Below, one piece after another: positions 25,550 to 36,519 of a stretch of DNA of 64,000 nt. The notes under the pieces were generated by a model. The model was not told the origin of the DNA. It did not search any database and worked only from the letters and a program-made list of their open reading frames with translations. Origin of the DNA: Chiloscyllium plagiosum (Eukaryota); NCBI RefSeq assembly GCF_004010195.1, contig NC_057710.1, positions 148,177,548-148,241,547 of the forward strand. The letters run 5' to 3'. Each line of letters starts with the position of its first letter. Positions within the stretch are counted from its first letter, which is position 1. A program made the translations under genes and the position numbers.

Positions 25550-27135
25550 TGTTTCAGCAGTAGAACTGATTTCTGCAGTACCTCACTGGATACTGGCCTC
25601 AAGGTACACAAACAGCCTTTTTACCATCACCTCTGTCTTCAGCCATTTAACCATGTTTGGATCCTACTTGTCAAGTTATCTGAAGTCCCATGTGCTTTAT
25701 CTTTTTTTTAATCAGTCCTCCATGTGAAACCTTGTCAAAAGCTTTTCTGAATTCCATATAAACACATCAATTGTACAACCTTCAGCTATACACCTGTTCA
25801 CCTCTTTGAGACATTCAGATAAATTTGTTAGGCATGGCTGCCCTCTGAAAAAGCCATGCTGATTATTCCTGGGGTGGCATAGTGGCTAGCACTGCTGCCT
25901 CACAGTACCAGGGACCCTGGTTCAATTCCTGCCTTGGGTGACTGTCTGTGTGCAGTTTGCACATTCTCCCTGTGTCTGCGTGGGTTTCCTCCAGGTGCTC
26001 TGGTTTCCTCCCACAATCCAAAGGTGAATTGACTGTGCTAAAGTGCTATGTTAGCAGTAAGTGTAGGGTGGGGGAAATGGGTCTGGGTGGGCCACTCTTC
26101 GGAGGGTCAGTGTGGACTTGTTGGTCTGAAGGGCCTGTTTTCGTACTGTGGGGAATCAAATCTAAACTTTGCCTTTCCAAGTAGGTATTAATTTTCTCTA
26201 ATTGTTTCCCTCCCACTGATGTGAGACCACTGGTCTGTAGTTCCCTGATTTATCTCTACCACCCTTTTTGAAAGATGGAAACACATTAGTTGTCACCGAG
26301 TCATTTGGCTTATCCCCTGAGGCCCTTATAATTTCCTCACTCATCCTCCCCAGCACCCAGGAATATAACTCATCTGGACCTGGAGATTTATCCACTTTTC
26401 ACCCCACTAAAATCTCCAATACTTCCTCATTTCCTATGTCAAACTGCTCAAAAACCTCAGTCCTTCTTCCAGAATTCTGTACCCCAACACGTCCTTCTCC
26501 AAGGTGAAGACGGTTTTGAAAACTTTGTTTAACCCCCTACCAATGTTCTCCGACTCCATACACACATTGTACTCTTGGACCCTAATGGGACACGCTGCTT
26601 CCTTGGTTATCCTCCTTCCCATGATATACCTAGAATATTTTAGGATTCTCCTTAATCTCACCCGCCAGTGTTTTTTTCATGCTCCACTTTGGTCTCCTAA
26701 TTGTTTTCTTAAGTTCTGCACTTACTTCACAAAGGCATCCATTGATTGATTCCCTTTGTACCAGTTAAAAGCCTTTTTTTCCCTTCTTATTCAGTCTTGA
26801 ATATTCCGAGACATCCAGAGTTCTTTGGGCTTGTTGCTCCAACATTTCACCTTAAAGGGAACACAGTGGGCCTGTCCTGTCGCCAGTTCCATTTTTAATG
26901 CACCTTCACTGTTCTGATGAAGAGATACCCTGAAGTAGCTATTCCAAGTCTACTTTGGCCAGATCCATCCTTATTTTAATAAAATCTGACTGCCTAATCT
27001 AAATTCCATTTTTTGCGGACCATCGTTTTCCTTTTTCGTTACAAATTTAAAACGTATCATGTTGTGGTCACTATCACTAAAATGAACCCAGGTCCAGCTT
27101 CATTCACTAGCATGTACCATCCCTTGATGGACTTT
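25550..27135 (-). mobile_element. CR1-type LINE ORF2 fragment with inserted HE1 SINE (25871-26165, +)
   Basis: DKSPGPDELY...FKKGGRDKSGNYRPV on the minus strand. SINE head gtggcatagtggctagcactgctgcctcac. Confidence 0.85.
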
Positions 27136-27139
27136 CTAC

Positions 27140-27503
27140 ATAGAATCATAGAATCCCTAGAGTGTGGAGACAGGCCCTTCAGCCCAACATGTCCATGCAG
27201 ACCAGATATCCTAAATAAGTCTAGTCCTATTTGCCAGCACTTGGCACACATCCCTCTAAACCCTTCCTATTCATATACCCATCCATATGCCTTTTAAAAG
27301 TTGTAATTGTACCAGCCTCCACCACTTCCTCTGGCAGCTCATTCCACATACACACCACTATTTGCATGAAAAAGTTGCCCCTTAGGCCCCTTTTGTACCT
27401 TTCCCATCTCACCCTAAACCTATGCCCTCTAGTTCTGGACTCCTCGACCCCATGGAAAATACCTTGTGTATTTATCCTATCTATGCCCCTCATGATTTTA
27501 TAA
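27140..27503 (-). mobile_element. CR1/HER1 3' end
   Basis: MRGIDRIN...WNELPEEVVEAGTITTFKRH. Confidence 0.9.
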
Positions 27504-27696
27504 ATCGTGCCCTTAACCCATCTGTATTATCTATAATACTGGTTGCATTAAAGTAGAGGCCATCCAGCGTCACCTAACACTCCTGAAATTCCACTTGCTG
27601 AACTCCCTGTACCTTAGTTCCTTTACTAAAGTAGACCATGTCCCTATTGCACTCTCTACTGTGTGGCAGGAGCCTTACAAGTGTAGGTACTGTGTA

Positions 27697-27740
27697 GGAG
27701 AAAGTGAGGACTGTAGATGCTGGAGATCAGAGTCGAGAGT
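27697..27740 (-). mobile_element. 44-bp 3'-terminal fragment of PLE-terminus family A
   Basis: ggagaaagtgaggactgtagatgctggagatcagagtcgagagt with a 9-bp TSD TACTGTGTA (27688-27696 / 27741-27749). Confidence 0.8.
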
Positions 27741-27827
27741 TACTGTGTACTTGTGCCACTTATAACATGTTACAAGTGTTATAGGAGGCAGACAAAAAAG
27801 TGGGGTTGAGACCACAACCAAATCATG

Positions 27828-28365
27828 CACAGAGTCATAGAGTCACAAAGATATACAACATGGAATCAGACCCTTTGGTCTAATTCATCCATGCATATCA
27901 GATATCCTAAATTAATCAAGTCCCATTTGCCAGCACCCGGCCCATATCCTTCTAAACCCTTCCTATTCATATACCCATCCTGTTGCCTTTTAAATGTTGG
28001 GTTGGACCAGCCTCCACCACATCCTCTGGCAGCTCATGCACCACCCTCTGTGTGAAAAAGTTGCTCCTTAGGCCCCTTTTAAATCTTTCCCTCTCACCCT
28101 AAACCTATGCACTTTGAAGTTGGATGAATTTTGGATTCCCTTTCTCTGGGAAAAAGACCTTGACTATGTACCATATGCATGCCTCCCATGATTTTATAAA
28201 CCTCTGTAAGGTCACCTCTCAGCCACCGACACTCCACAGAAAATAGCCCCAGCCTTTTCGGCCTCTCCCTATAGTTCAAATCCTCCAATCCCAGCAACAT
28301 CCTTGTAATTCTTTTCTGAATGCTTTCAAGCTCCACAACATCTTTCCTATAGCAGGGAAACCAGA
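27828..28365 (-). mobile_element. CR1/HER1 3' fragment
   Basis: LESIQKRITRMLLGLEDLNYRER...LRGDLTEVYKIM. Confidence 0.9.
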
Positions 28366-28419
28366 GCTTATTGCATGACAGAGCAGGTACTGTGGGGCTC
28401 AGTGGCCTATCCTAGCTGT

Positions 28420-29090
28420 GCCTATGTCCTTAATGTCAATGTTTGGATCAGGGCTTTAATGAGGTCAGGAGCTATGTGATCCTGGCAAAACCTAAACTTA
28501 ACATTAATTATCAGGTTATCACTGAACAAGTGCAACTAGATTGCACAGTAGGCTGGCTGGGTTGGATTTGTGCTGCTTTTCGTAGACAGAACATACCTGG
28601 GCAATTTTCCACCTTGCTGATAAATGAGTGTTGTGGCTGTAGTCGAACAGCTTGGCTTGGGGCATGAGTTATTCCAGAGCACTGATCTTCAGTATTATTG
28701 TTGGCATGTTGTTTTCAGTATCCAGTGCACTCAGTCATTTCTTGTTATCACGAGGACTGAATTGAATCAGTCAAATAGAGGCTGGCCTCTATGATGCTGG
28801 GGAGCTCTGGAGGAGGCTAAGATGGAACATCTCAGCACTTCTGTCTGAAGATAGTTACATAGGATTCAGCCTTCTCCTCCATTACTGAGACTGGCAATAT
28901 GTGGAGCCTTCTCCTCCATAATGGAATGACTACAGAGCTGTGATCTGACCTGTTGGTTGTAGAATTGCTTAACTGTCTATTGAATACTCTTTATGCTCTT
29001 TGGCATGTAAGTAGACTTGTAGCTTCACCAAGTTGACACCTCTGTTTTAGGTATGGCTGGTGCTGCTTCTAGATAGCCTTCCTGCAATCT
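28420..29090 (-). mobile_element. Second LINE family (Jockey-group, CR1/L2/Crack-like) fragment
   Basis: Collinear with 39645-40340 and 53930-54555 (ggctgggttggatttg...acatacctgggcaattttcc). Confidence 0.7.
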
Positions 29091-29139
29091 TGAGGAGGTT
29101 CAGGACAATATCAATAATTTCTACCAATACTACACTAGA

Positions 29140-29405
29140 GTACTGCATAGCGCTGCATTGCCAGAGCACTTTCAGATGGAGACTTTAAACAAAGCACAGT
29201 CTGACTCATAATATCTCATCTAACATCCTGGACAAACATGACAATTTGATCAGTCATCTACACTTACTATTTGTGGTGCCTTGCTTTCTATAATTTGTTT
29301 GACATATTTGCCTACGCAATAGTGACTTCACTTCAGAAATAATTAATTTGTTGCACTTTGCACTTGAGGATGTGATACAGCAATGTGTAAATCTAAGATC
29401 TTTAT
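29140..29405 (+). mobile_element. DeuSINE-like degenerate partial copy
   Basis: Core and tail resemble 22520-22960 (ctatttgtggtgccttgct...agtgacttcacttcagaaataattaattt). Confidence 0.45.
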
Positions 29406-29570
29406 TTAGCAACTCCCAGTGGCAGTACAAAACCTTCTTGATGAGCCAGATAATTGATGCTATGTTTGCATACATTGGAAAGATTCAATACTATGCCTAA
29501 ATAAATCAGGTTGCACAAGCTGGAGGAGGGTTTGAAATAGAGTACATAGCCAAATATCAGATTATGCGTA

Positions 29571-29782
29571 ATTAGATTAGATTCCCTACAGTGTGGAAAC
29601 AGGCTCTTCGGCCCAACAAGTCCACACCGACCCTCCGAAGAGTAACCCATTTCCCTCTGATTAAAGCACCTAACACTACGGGCAATTTAGCATGGCCAAT
29701 TCACCTGACCTGCACATCTTTGGACCGTGGGAGGAAACCGGAGCACCCGGAGGAAACCCACGCAGACACGGGGAGAATGTGC
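29571..29782 (-). mobile_element. HE1-type V-SINE, head missing
   Basis: (attag)n tail and V-core. Confidence 0.9.
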
Positions 29783-30443
29783 AATATGGCTGTGCATAAT
29801 TTCTACTTGACTGCAAGATTTGACTCATACATTTAATAATATTAACACTTACTATTATGTAATTAACACTCATCAGAGAGTTAATTGCATAATGATATTG
29901 TCCTGAACTTCCTCAAGATTGCAGGAAGGCTTACTAGGAGCAGCACCAGGCATACCTCAAACAGAGGTGTCAACAATTACACTTTTCATTTTCCCCTCGG
30001 GAGAAGTCACAGACAATTTCCAAGCAATCTTTCTCCAGATAACTCTAAGTCATCAGAGAGTAGAAGTAGTTCTGCAATATTCATTTAATATAATTATTTT
30101 TCTCAACCTGAGGGAGTAGCCCAAATCAACTTCCCTGCCAGTTAACCTACCCTGCGTAGAAATACCTCAGTTTGATTAGGCACCTCTACCTAGAAGACAT
30201 ATTAAAGTCATAAATGCTCATGTGTGAAGGATTGTTGGTGCATAACAATCATTTATTTTAAGAAAACAAATTTTCAAGGAAGAACTCTCTCCAACTGGGA
30301 GGTCTCCACGTTTGGCCCAAAATCTGCTGCTTGGCAAAGTGCCAAAAATGACAATATTTGAATATGAGTCTTGCATTACTGTTCATTCTCATTTATTTAC
30401 CGAAGTTTATGCTTTTCTTACATTTGCTGCATAACCTTTCCAG

Positions 30444-30587
30444 TGATTTTACAGGCTCTGTGCTTCGAATTGATGTAGATACTGCCACCTGCAATGCTCC
30501 TTATGCTATACCCAGAAGCAATCCCTACTTTAACAGCACCAATCAACCACCAGAAATATTTGCACATGGACTTCATAATCCAGGGAG
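30444..30587 (+). CDS. HHIP: HHIP internal coding exon (probably exon 7)
   Basis: ctttccag|T...GGGAG|gtaagc. Translates DFTGSVLRIDVDTATCNAPYAIPRSNPYFNSTNQPPEIFAHGLHNPG(R). 144 nt, phase 2 to 2. Confidence 0.97.
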
Positions 30588-32739
30588 GTAAGCGTGCTTA
30601 AAGATACCATAGATAAACTCAAAAGTCATAGTTATTCAAATAGAAGCATCAATTCTTTGCTTTATTGGTTACAAAGTCAAGTGTCAATTGACACAAATTC
30701 CTCAACCCTCATAAAACAAAGGATGGATAAAAAAAGGTTCAATTAAAAGGTAGCATGTTATTTATGATTTTATATATTTATTGACTTCTTGATCCAAACA
30801 TAGGAAGAGTTCTGCTGAGGAAGCGGATATGTGGACGTCAGAATTATAAAATAATAAACATTAGAGACTGAGCTACAAGAAACTGTGAATATATTCTATA
30901 GTCTGATGTATGGTTCTTTAATTTTACTTAGACTGGAGTAAGTTGAAGTAAGCACTCAACGCATTTAGATGTGTCCCTTGAACCATGACAAAAACATCAC
31001 CAAAGGATTGCCATGCCATGAACAACTTATTCTTTTGACAATAGATAGATAATTTGTTTTAAGACTTTTTTTTTGCATTAATCGCATGGATGTGCCTGCA
31101 AAAGTCAAATCCTTAATGTTGGCATCAGTCTGGAACTCACTTTGAATGCTAAGTGGTAACTGGTGTCCAGGTTTTGTCCAATGTGGGCAAATTATCTTCA
31201 AGATTATGAAATCAGCCTTGAAATTTAAAGCAGTCGTATCTGAGTTGCCCAATACTTCACCGTAACTGCCCGAAGGTTTGTCTGCTTTCTGGAAGTAAAC
31301 AAAACCTGTACCTCTGGGATGTCACTGTCTGTATCCACGTAGGCTTTTTAGAAGAATGAATCCAGGAGGAAAGGGGGAAAAAAAAAGAAAATACTGATAC
31401 ATTTTGTTTTTATGTTTGAACTGGTTTAAGAGATCCTAGGTTACTTGATGAATTCGAGATGGACATGCATTCCTGAAATTATTCACTTTGCTAGTCGTGA
31501 ACCTTGCGTAACTTCGGGGGCTGCATTTTCTAAAAGATCAGGATCTGAATCAGGCACGTGTGCAATTAAATGCTTGATTATAGCAATCATTTTAAGGCGA
31601 GGCGTAAGAGAGAAAGAGAGTTGAAGAGGTCTAGGGCATCCACCGCGTAAGACCTCTGTGACTGTCAGCATGATTACTGATAGCAGGGCGAATGCTCTAC
31701 CAACAGATTTGGGTGCTGCTGCAGCGGAAGGAAGAGTACCAAGGGCACCTCAAGATGGAGCTGAGATGCCTACTGAGTATTGAAAATTAACAAAGGTCTA
31801 CTGTTGTGTAGATCATCAGGTTGCAGGAGAGCCCTTTCACTGGAATATTCTGTACTGTCTTCATACACACTGGACCATGAAGAGGAGGCACTGATGGCAT
31901 TCTGGATTGCCTCCAAGTTTCTGTTCGGCTTCATATTCATTGAAGGAGGGGGGGAGGCCAGTGTGATCTCAAGAAATTGCTACTGGCCCCAAGAATTGCC
32001 TCAAATTGGTGCCTGTCTTGATGGGGAATTTTGTCATCTCCCTTGGCAGCCCCTTGAAAACTCGCTGAAAGGCAGGCAAGTGTAATGGGGCCAATCCCGG
32101 TGCACAACTGTCCAAGTTTACCCACTCCTATCTATAAAAATCATCCAGGACAAAATTCATCTCACTCTTGCAAGGGCAGAAGTGAGTAGTGCTATGGAAG
32201 CCGAAATCTTTACGATAGAGAGAATACCAAATCAAAAATTGCATTTCCATTCAAATCACTGCAGAGCTTGTGAACAGTCTGACTCAATCTGAGGCACTGG
32301 ATGGGGAAGGGTAGAACTAGCGTCAAGGGGTGTTGTGTTAGTTGAGGCAGCAATGCATTCAGTCTTTCCAATTTAACTGGAGAATATCGCAGCTTATCCA
32401 GGATTGGATGGCAAATGATCAGTAGGCCAGCACAGCGACAGTGGCAAGGTTAACCCCTAAAGCTGAAGAATGGCTCCTTTGATGAATTGTGGAGACTTGC
32501 CGCAACTCTTTACCAACAAGAAATGCCTTTAAAAGAGGAGGAAAGCAAACCAAACTGAGTTGATGAGAAGAGGATAGTGCTGGCTTAGGGAAAAGCTTCA
32601 GTGCTTGATGAAGTTGACAGAATGGTGAACGTTATGTCCTTTGTGTTGAGATTTAACTTTATTTAAAATTAAGTTCTCCATTGCCTTTCAACTTTCTTAG
32701 ATTCGATATAAAGAAGAAGATGTCTTTTTGAACTAAATA

Positions 32740-34678
32740 CATTCATACATTCTAATACATCCAACACCTCCTCTACTGTGATATGGACTGTCCCCACCAT
32801 ATCACCACTAACTTCCCCAGGTTTGCAAGTCTTCATGTCCTTCTCCACGGTAAACACAGAGAAGAAATATTCATTGAGGACCTCGCCCATCTCCTGCGAT
32901 TCCACACACACATATCCGTTTTGGACCTTGATGGGTCCTATTCTCTCTCTCTAGTTATTCTTTTTCTTTCAATATACTTAAAGAACTTCTTTGGATTCAC
33001 TCTAATATCCTCAGCCAAGGCTATCTCATGCCACCTTCGGATTTCCGTCTGCAGTAAACTCCTGTATACCCTGTATACCTCCAGGGATTCCCTTGATCCC
33101 AGCTGCCTGTACCTTAGCCATCCCACCTTTTTTCTGGTCAAAGCCTCAATATCTCTTATCGTCCAGGGTTCCCTATTTCTGCCAACCTTGCCCCTCACCT
33201 TCAGAGGAACATATATACCTTAAAGTCTAGATATCCCACTTTTAAAGGTCTCTCACTTGCCAGAGGTCCCTTTGCCTGCAGTCAATGCTGCGAGCTCATC
33301 AAAATTCGCCTTGTCCCAATTTAGAACTTGAACCTGTGGACCAGTTTTGTCCCTCTCCATAACTGTTTTAAAATTACTGGGGCCAAAGTGCTCCCCCATT
33401 GTCACCTCAGTCATCTGTCTGCCCTATTTCCCAAGAGTAGGTTAAGTTTTGAGGGCAGGGTGTAGACGTAGTCTCTCTGGATTTCAGTAAGGCTTTTGAT
33501 AAGGTTCCACATGTTAGGCTGCTCTGGGAGGTTAGATTGCATGGATTCCACACGGAGCTGACAAATTGGATGCACATTGGCTTGATGGTAGGAAGAAGAG
33601 GGTAATAGTGGAAGGATGCTTGTTGGACTGGAGGCCTGTGACTAGTGGAGTGTCTCAGGGGTCACTGTTGGACACATTGCTGTTTGTTATCTATGTCAGT
33701 GATCTGGATGAAAAGGTACAAGGCATGATTAGCAAATTGCTGAAAATGTGTTGCTGGAAAAGCGCAGCAGGTCAGGCAGCATCCAAGGAACAGGAGAATC
33801 GACATTTCGGGCATAAGCCCTTCTTCAGGATAGTAAGTAAGTTGCAGATGACACTAACATAGATAGTATCGTGGACAGTGAGGAAGGTTATCAGAAATTG
33901 CAGCAGGACCTTGATCAGCTGGGGAAGTGGGCCAAGAAATGGCAAATGGAGTTTAATATAGATAAGTGTGAGGTCTTACATTTTGGAAAATCAAATCAAG
34001 CTAGGAGCTTCATGGTAAATGATAGGACCTTAAGAAGTGTCATGGAACAGAGGGACCTTGGAGTCCAGGTGCATGGTTCTCTGAAAGTGGAGTCCCAGCT
34101 AGACAGGGCAGTGAAGAAGGCTTTTGGCACATTGGCCTTCATCAGTCAGGGCACTGAGTATAGAAGTTGGGAAGTTATGCTGCTGTTGTACAGGACGTTG
34201 GTGAGGCTGCACTTGGAGTATTGTGTTCAGTTTTGGTCACCTTGTTATCGGAAGGACGTTATTAAACTGGAAAGAGTACAGAAGAAATTTACAGGGATGT
34301 TGCCAGCACTCAAGGGTCAGAATTATAAGGAGTTGTTGGACAAGCTAGGAATTTTTTTCTTTAGAGTGTAGGAGGCTGACGGGGGGAATCTTATAGAAGT
34401 GTATAAGATTATGAGAGGCATGGTTAGGGTGAATGCAGTCAGTTTTTTCGCAGGGTTGGGGAATCAAGAGCTAGAGGGCAACAGTTTAACACCTATGGAA
34501 TGAGCTGAGGTGGGGACATTAACAATATTCAAAAGCATTTGGACAAATACATGGATAGGAAAGATTTCGAAGGATATGGGCCAAGCGCAGGAAATGGGAT
34601 TAACATTGATGGATATTTTGGTTGGCATGGACCAGTTTAGGCCGAAAGGCCTGTCTCTATGCTGTAGGACTCTATGAC
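32740..34678. mobile_element. CR1 LINE with 5' inversion (32740-33450 minus; 33452-34678 plus)
   Basis: The minus part encodes upstream ORF2 (EPWTIRDIEAL, EMGEVLNEYFFSVFT). The plus part encodes RT to the 3' end (DFSKAFDKVPH, LQQDLDQLGKWA). Confidence 0.85.
33738..33830 (-). mobile_element. PLE-terminus family A fragment with hammerhead core, inside the CR1 RT
   Basis: Minus strand reads ccUGAAGAa-gggc-uuau-gccc-GAAA-uguc. Confidence 0.82.
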
Positions 34679-35395
34679 CCTAAATAGGATTGTAATTCAC
34701 CATGAATTGTTTCTGGTAGTCAGCTTGGTGTTATTCCTGTCGTTCTCTGTTCCTAGAATGAGTTCTACCTGGAGAAAGTTTTCATTTTCATCATATTTTC
34801 GAGCTGAAAACAATCTTCAAAGATGTCCATGTAATGTCAGAAAAGGAAATGGGCTAGATAAATGACTTAATTCCTCAAAAAAACAACTGCTGTTTTCTCC
34901 GGTTCAACCATAGAGTGTGTTTTGCATTGCCAGAGTTTTAACAAATTGGGGCATACATATTATTTTCCAATAGTTTCAACATAAAATGGAACTTGCTCTT
35001 CAGAAGTCCTAAGTTGGTTGGCTAGAACAGTTCAGCCCTCAGCAAGGCTGACAAGTGCCATTCTGAAGTTTCATGCCGGTGACCAGAGAACACGCGTATC
35101 CATGACAGACTGGTGTCAGAACTCCAGCAGCTCTGCACCTTGGCACAGTGCAGCCTGAGGGAATTTCCTAATTTGGGGAAACAGGTTGTCATAGAATGTC
35201 TAAAAACTTTTAGGAGAAATGATAATGCTTCTAAAGAGAAGAAAATTGTGACCAGTGCTGCAATGTTGAATTACTAAATTACACCAGGGTTGATTTTATT
35301 TTAAGAATTTGGGATGCCACTACTAAAACAATTTGCAGGGTACATCGATGTTCCTTTCTCCATAAACTTATTTAATAATGTATTGACTTGTTTAG

Positions 35396-35517
35396 GTGTA
35401 CAGTGGATCAACATCTCACAGACTCTAATGGCAATCTGACCATTCTGTGTTCAGAGTCAAATATTTGGAATAAGTCATCAGGAAGGATAATCAAAATAAC
35501 AAGGGGAAAGGATTATG
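35396..35517 (+). CDS. HHIP: HHIP internal coding exon (probably exon 8)
   Basis: ttgtttag|G...TATG|gtaatt. Translates CTVDQHLTDSNGNLTILCSESNIWNKSSGRIIKITRGKDY. 122 nt, phase 2 to 1. Confidence 0.95.
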
Positions 35518-35766
35518 GTAATTATGAAACTCAAAATATGCTTGTTGGTGCATACATTGTTGTTTTGAGTAGCTACACCAATAAGTATGGCATGGTTTAC
35601 AATTACTAAAAAGACTTTATTGGTGTTACTAGAAATACTACTAACTCACAGTTGTATTATCCTTATACAATATCCCACTTAAAAGTAAAGCAAATATTTT
35701 CTTATTCTATTACATAGAGCTGACATTTCCTGTAATAAATTAATGATCAGATTGCTTTTTCTGAAG

Positions 35767-35890
35767 AAACAGAACCTCCAGCAGTTGAATACAAATCTTC
35801 TAGTCACAACCCTCTAGTAGGTGGCTTTATATACAGAGGATGTCAGTCGAGAAGGCTTTTTGGAAACTATATCTTCGGAGATCGAAATGG
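35767..35890 (+). CDS. HHIP: HHIP internal coding exon (probably exon 9)
   Basis: ttgctttttctgaag|AA...AATGG|gtatgt. Translates (E)TEPPAVEYKSSSHNPLVGGFIYRGCQSRRLFGNYIFGDRN(G). 124 nt, phase 1 to 2. Not in the ORF track. Confidence 0.95.
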
Positions 35891-36519
35891 GTATGTTTTC
35901 AAAATTTCCATATAATTAACAAATCAATCATTTTGTGCTTCTTTGCCGATGTGTTATATGCTTACAAAGATGAAAAAAAATCAAAATTTTAGTTAAGTTT
36001 TCTGAAGATTCTCTACCACAAGTTTGTACGTCACAAACAAAATATTGGATTTGAGGATGTGAACACAAATTCACTGGATTTATACGAGCGGATAATATAG
36101 ACCACTTCATTGCATTGCCTTTTCAACACGATCAGTTGGATTTTTACAAAAATAAATTTATCCGAAATTTTATTTAAAAATCCATATATTTTTAAATACT
36201 CACTAATTTGATGTAAGTTACAAAACATAAAAACTGCTTCGAATTGGGAAATATGAATGAATTGTCTGAATTGATAATTAGTCTAGAAATTCCAAGATTA
36301 TTATGTTATTTAATTTTATACTGGATTCAAGAATTCTTAATACCAAACTGCTGATTGCAATATTTATTCCACTCAAAGCCATGAATTGTAAGCTTTGATG
36401 CAGGTATTGTTAAATTGTTTGGTTTCTCTCACTTGTAGGATCAGATTTTATTTTCTTTAGTCAAGCAACAAATTGTAAGCAACACTAATAATGGTAAAAT
36501 TATTGAAATAAGAAATCTA

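Noticed and set aside
31440-32150. GC-richer decayed tracts (also 2560-3060, 16560-17560, 45240-46470, 54720-55900), possibly DNA-transposon or LINE remnants
   Set aside because: No diagnostic motif or termini could be established by eye.
33871-34371. 166-aa ORF resembling reverse transcriptase
   Set aside because: Fragment of a truncated, interrupted CR1, not a functional gene.
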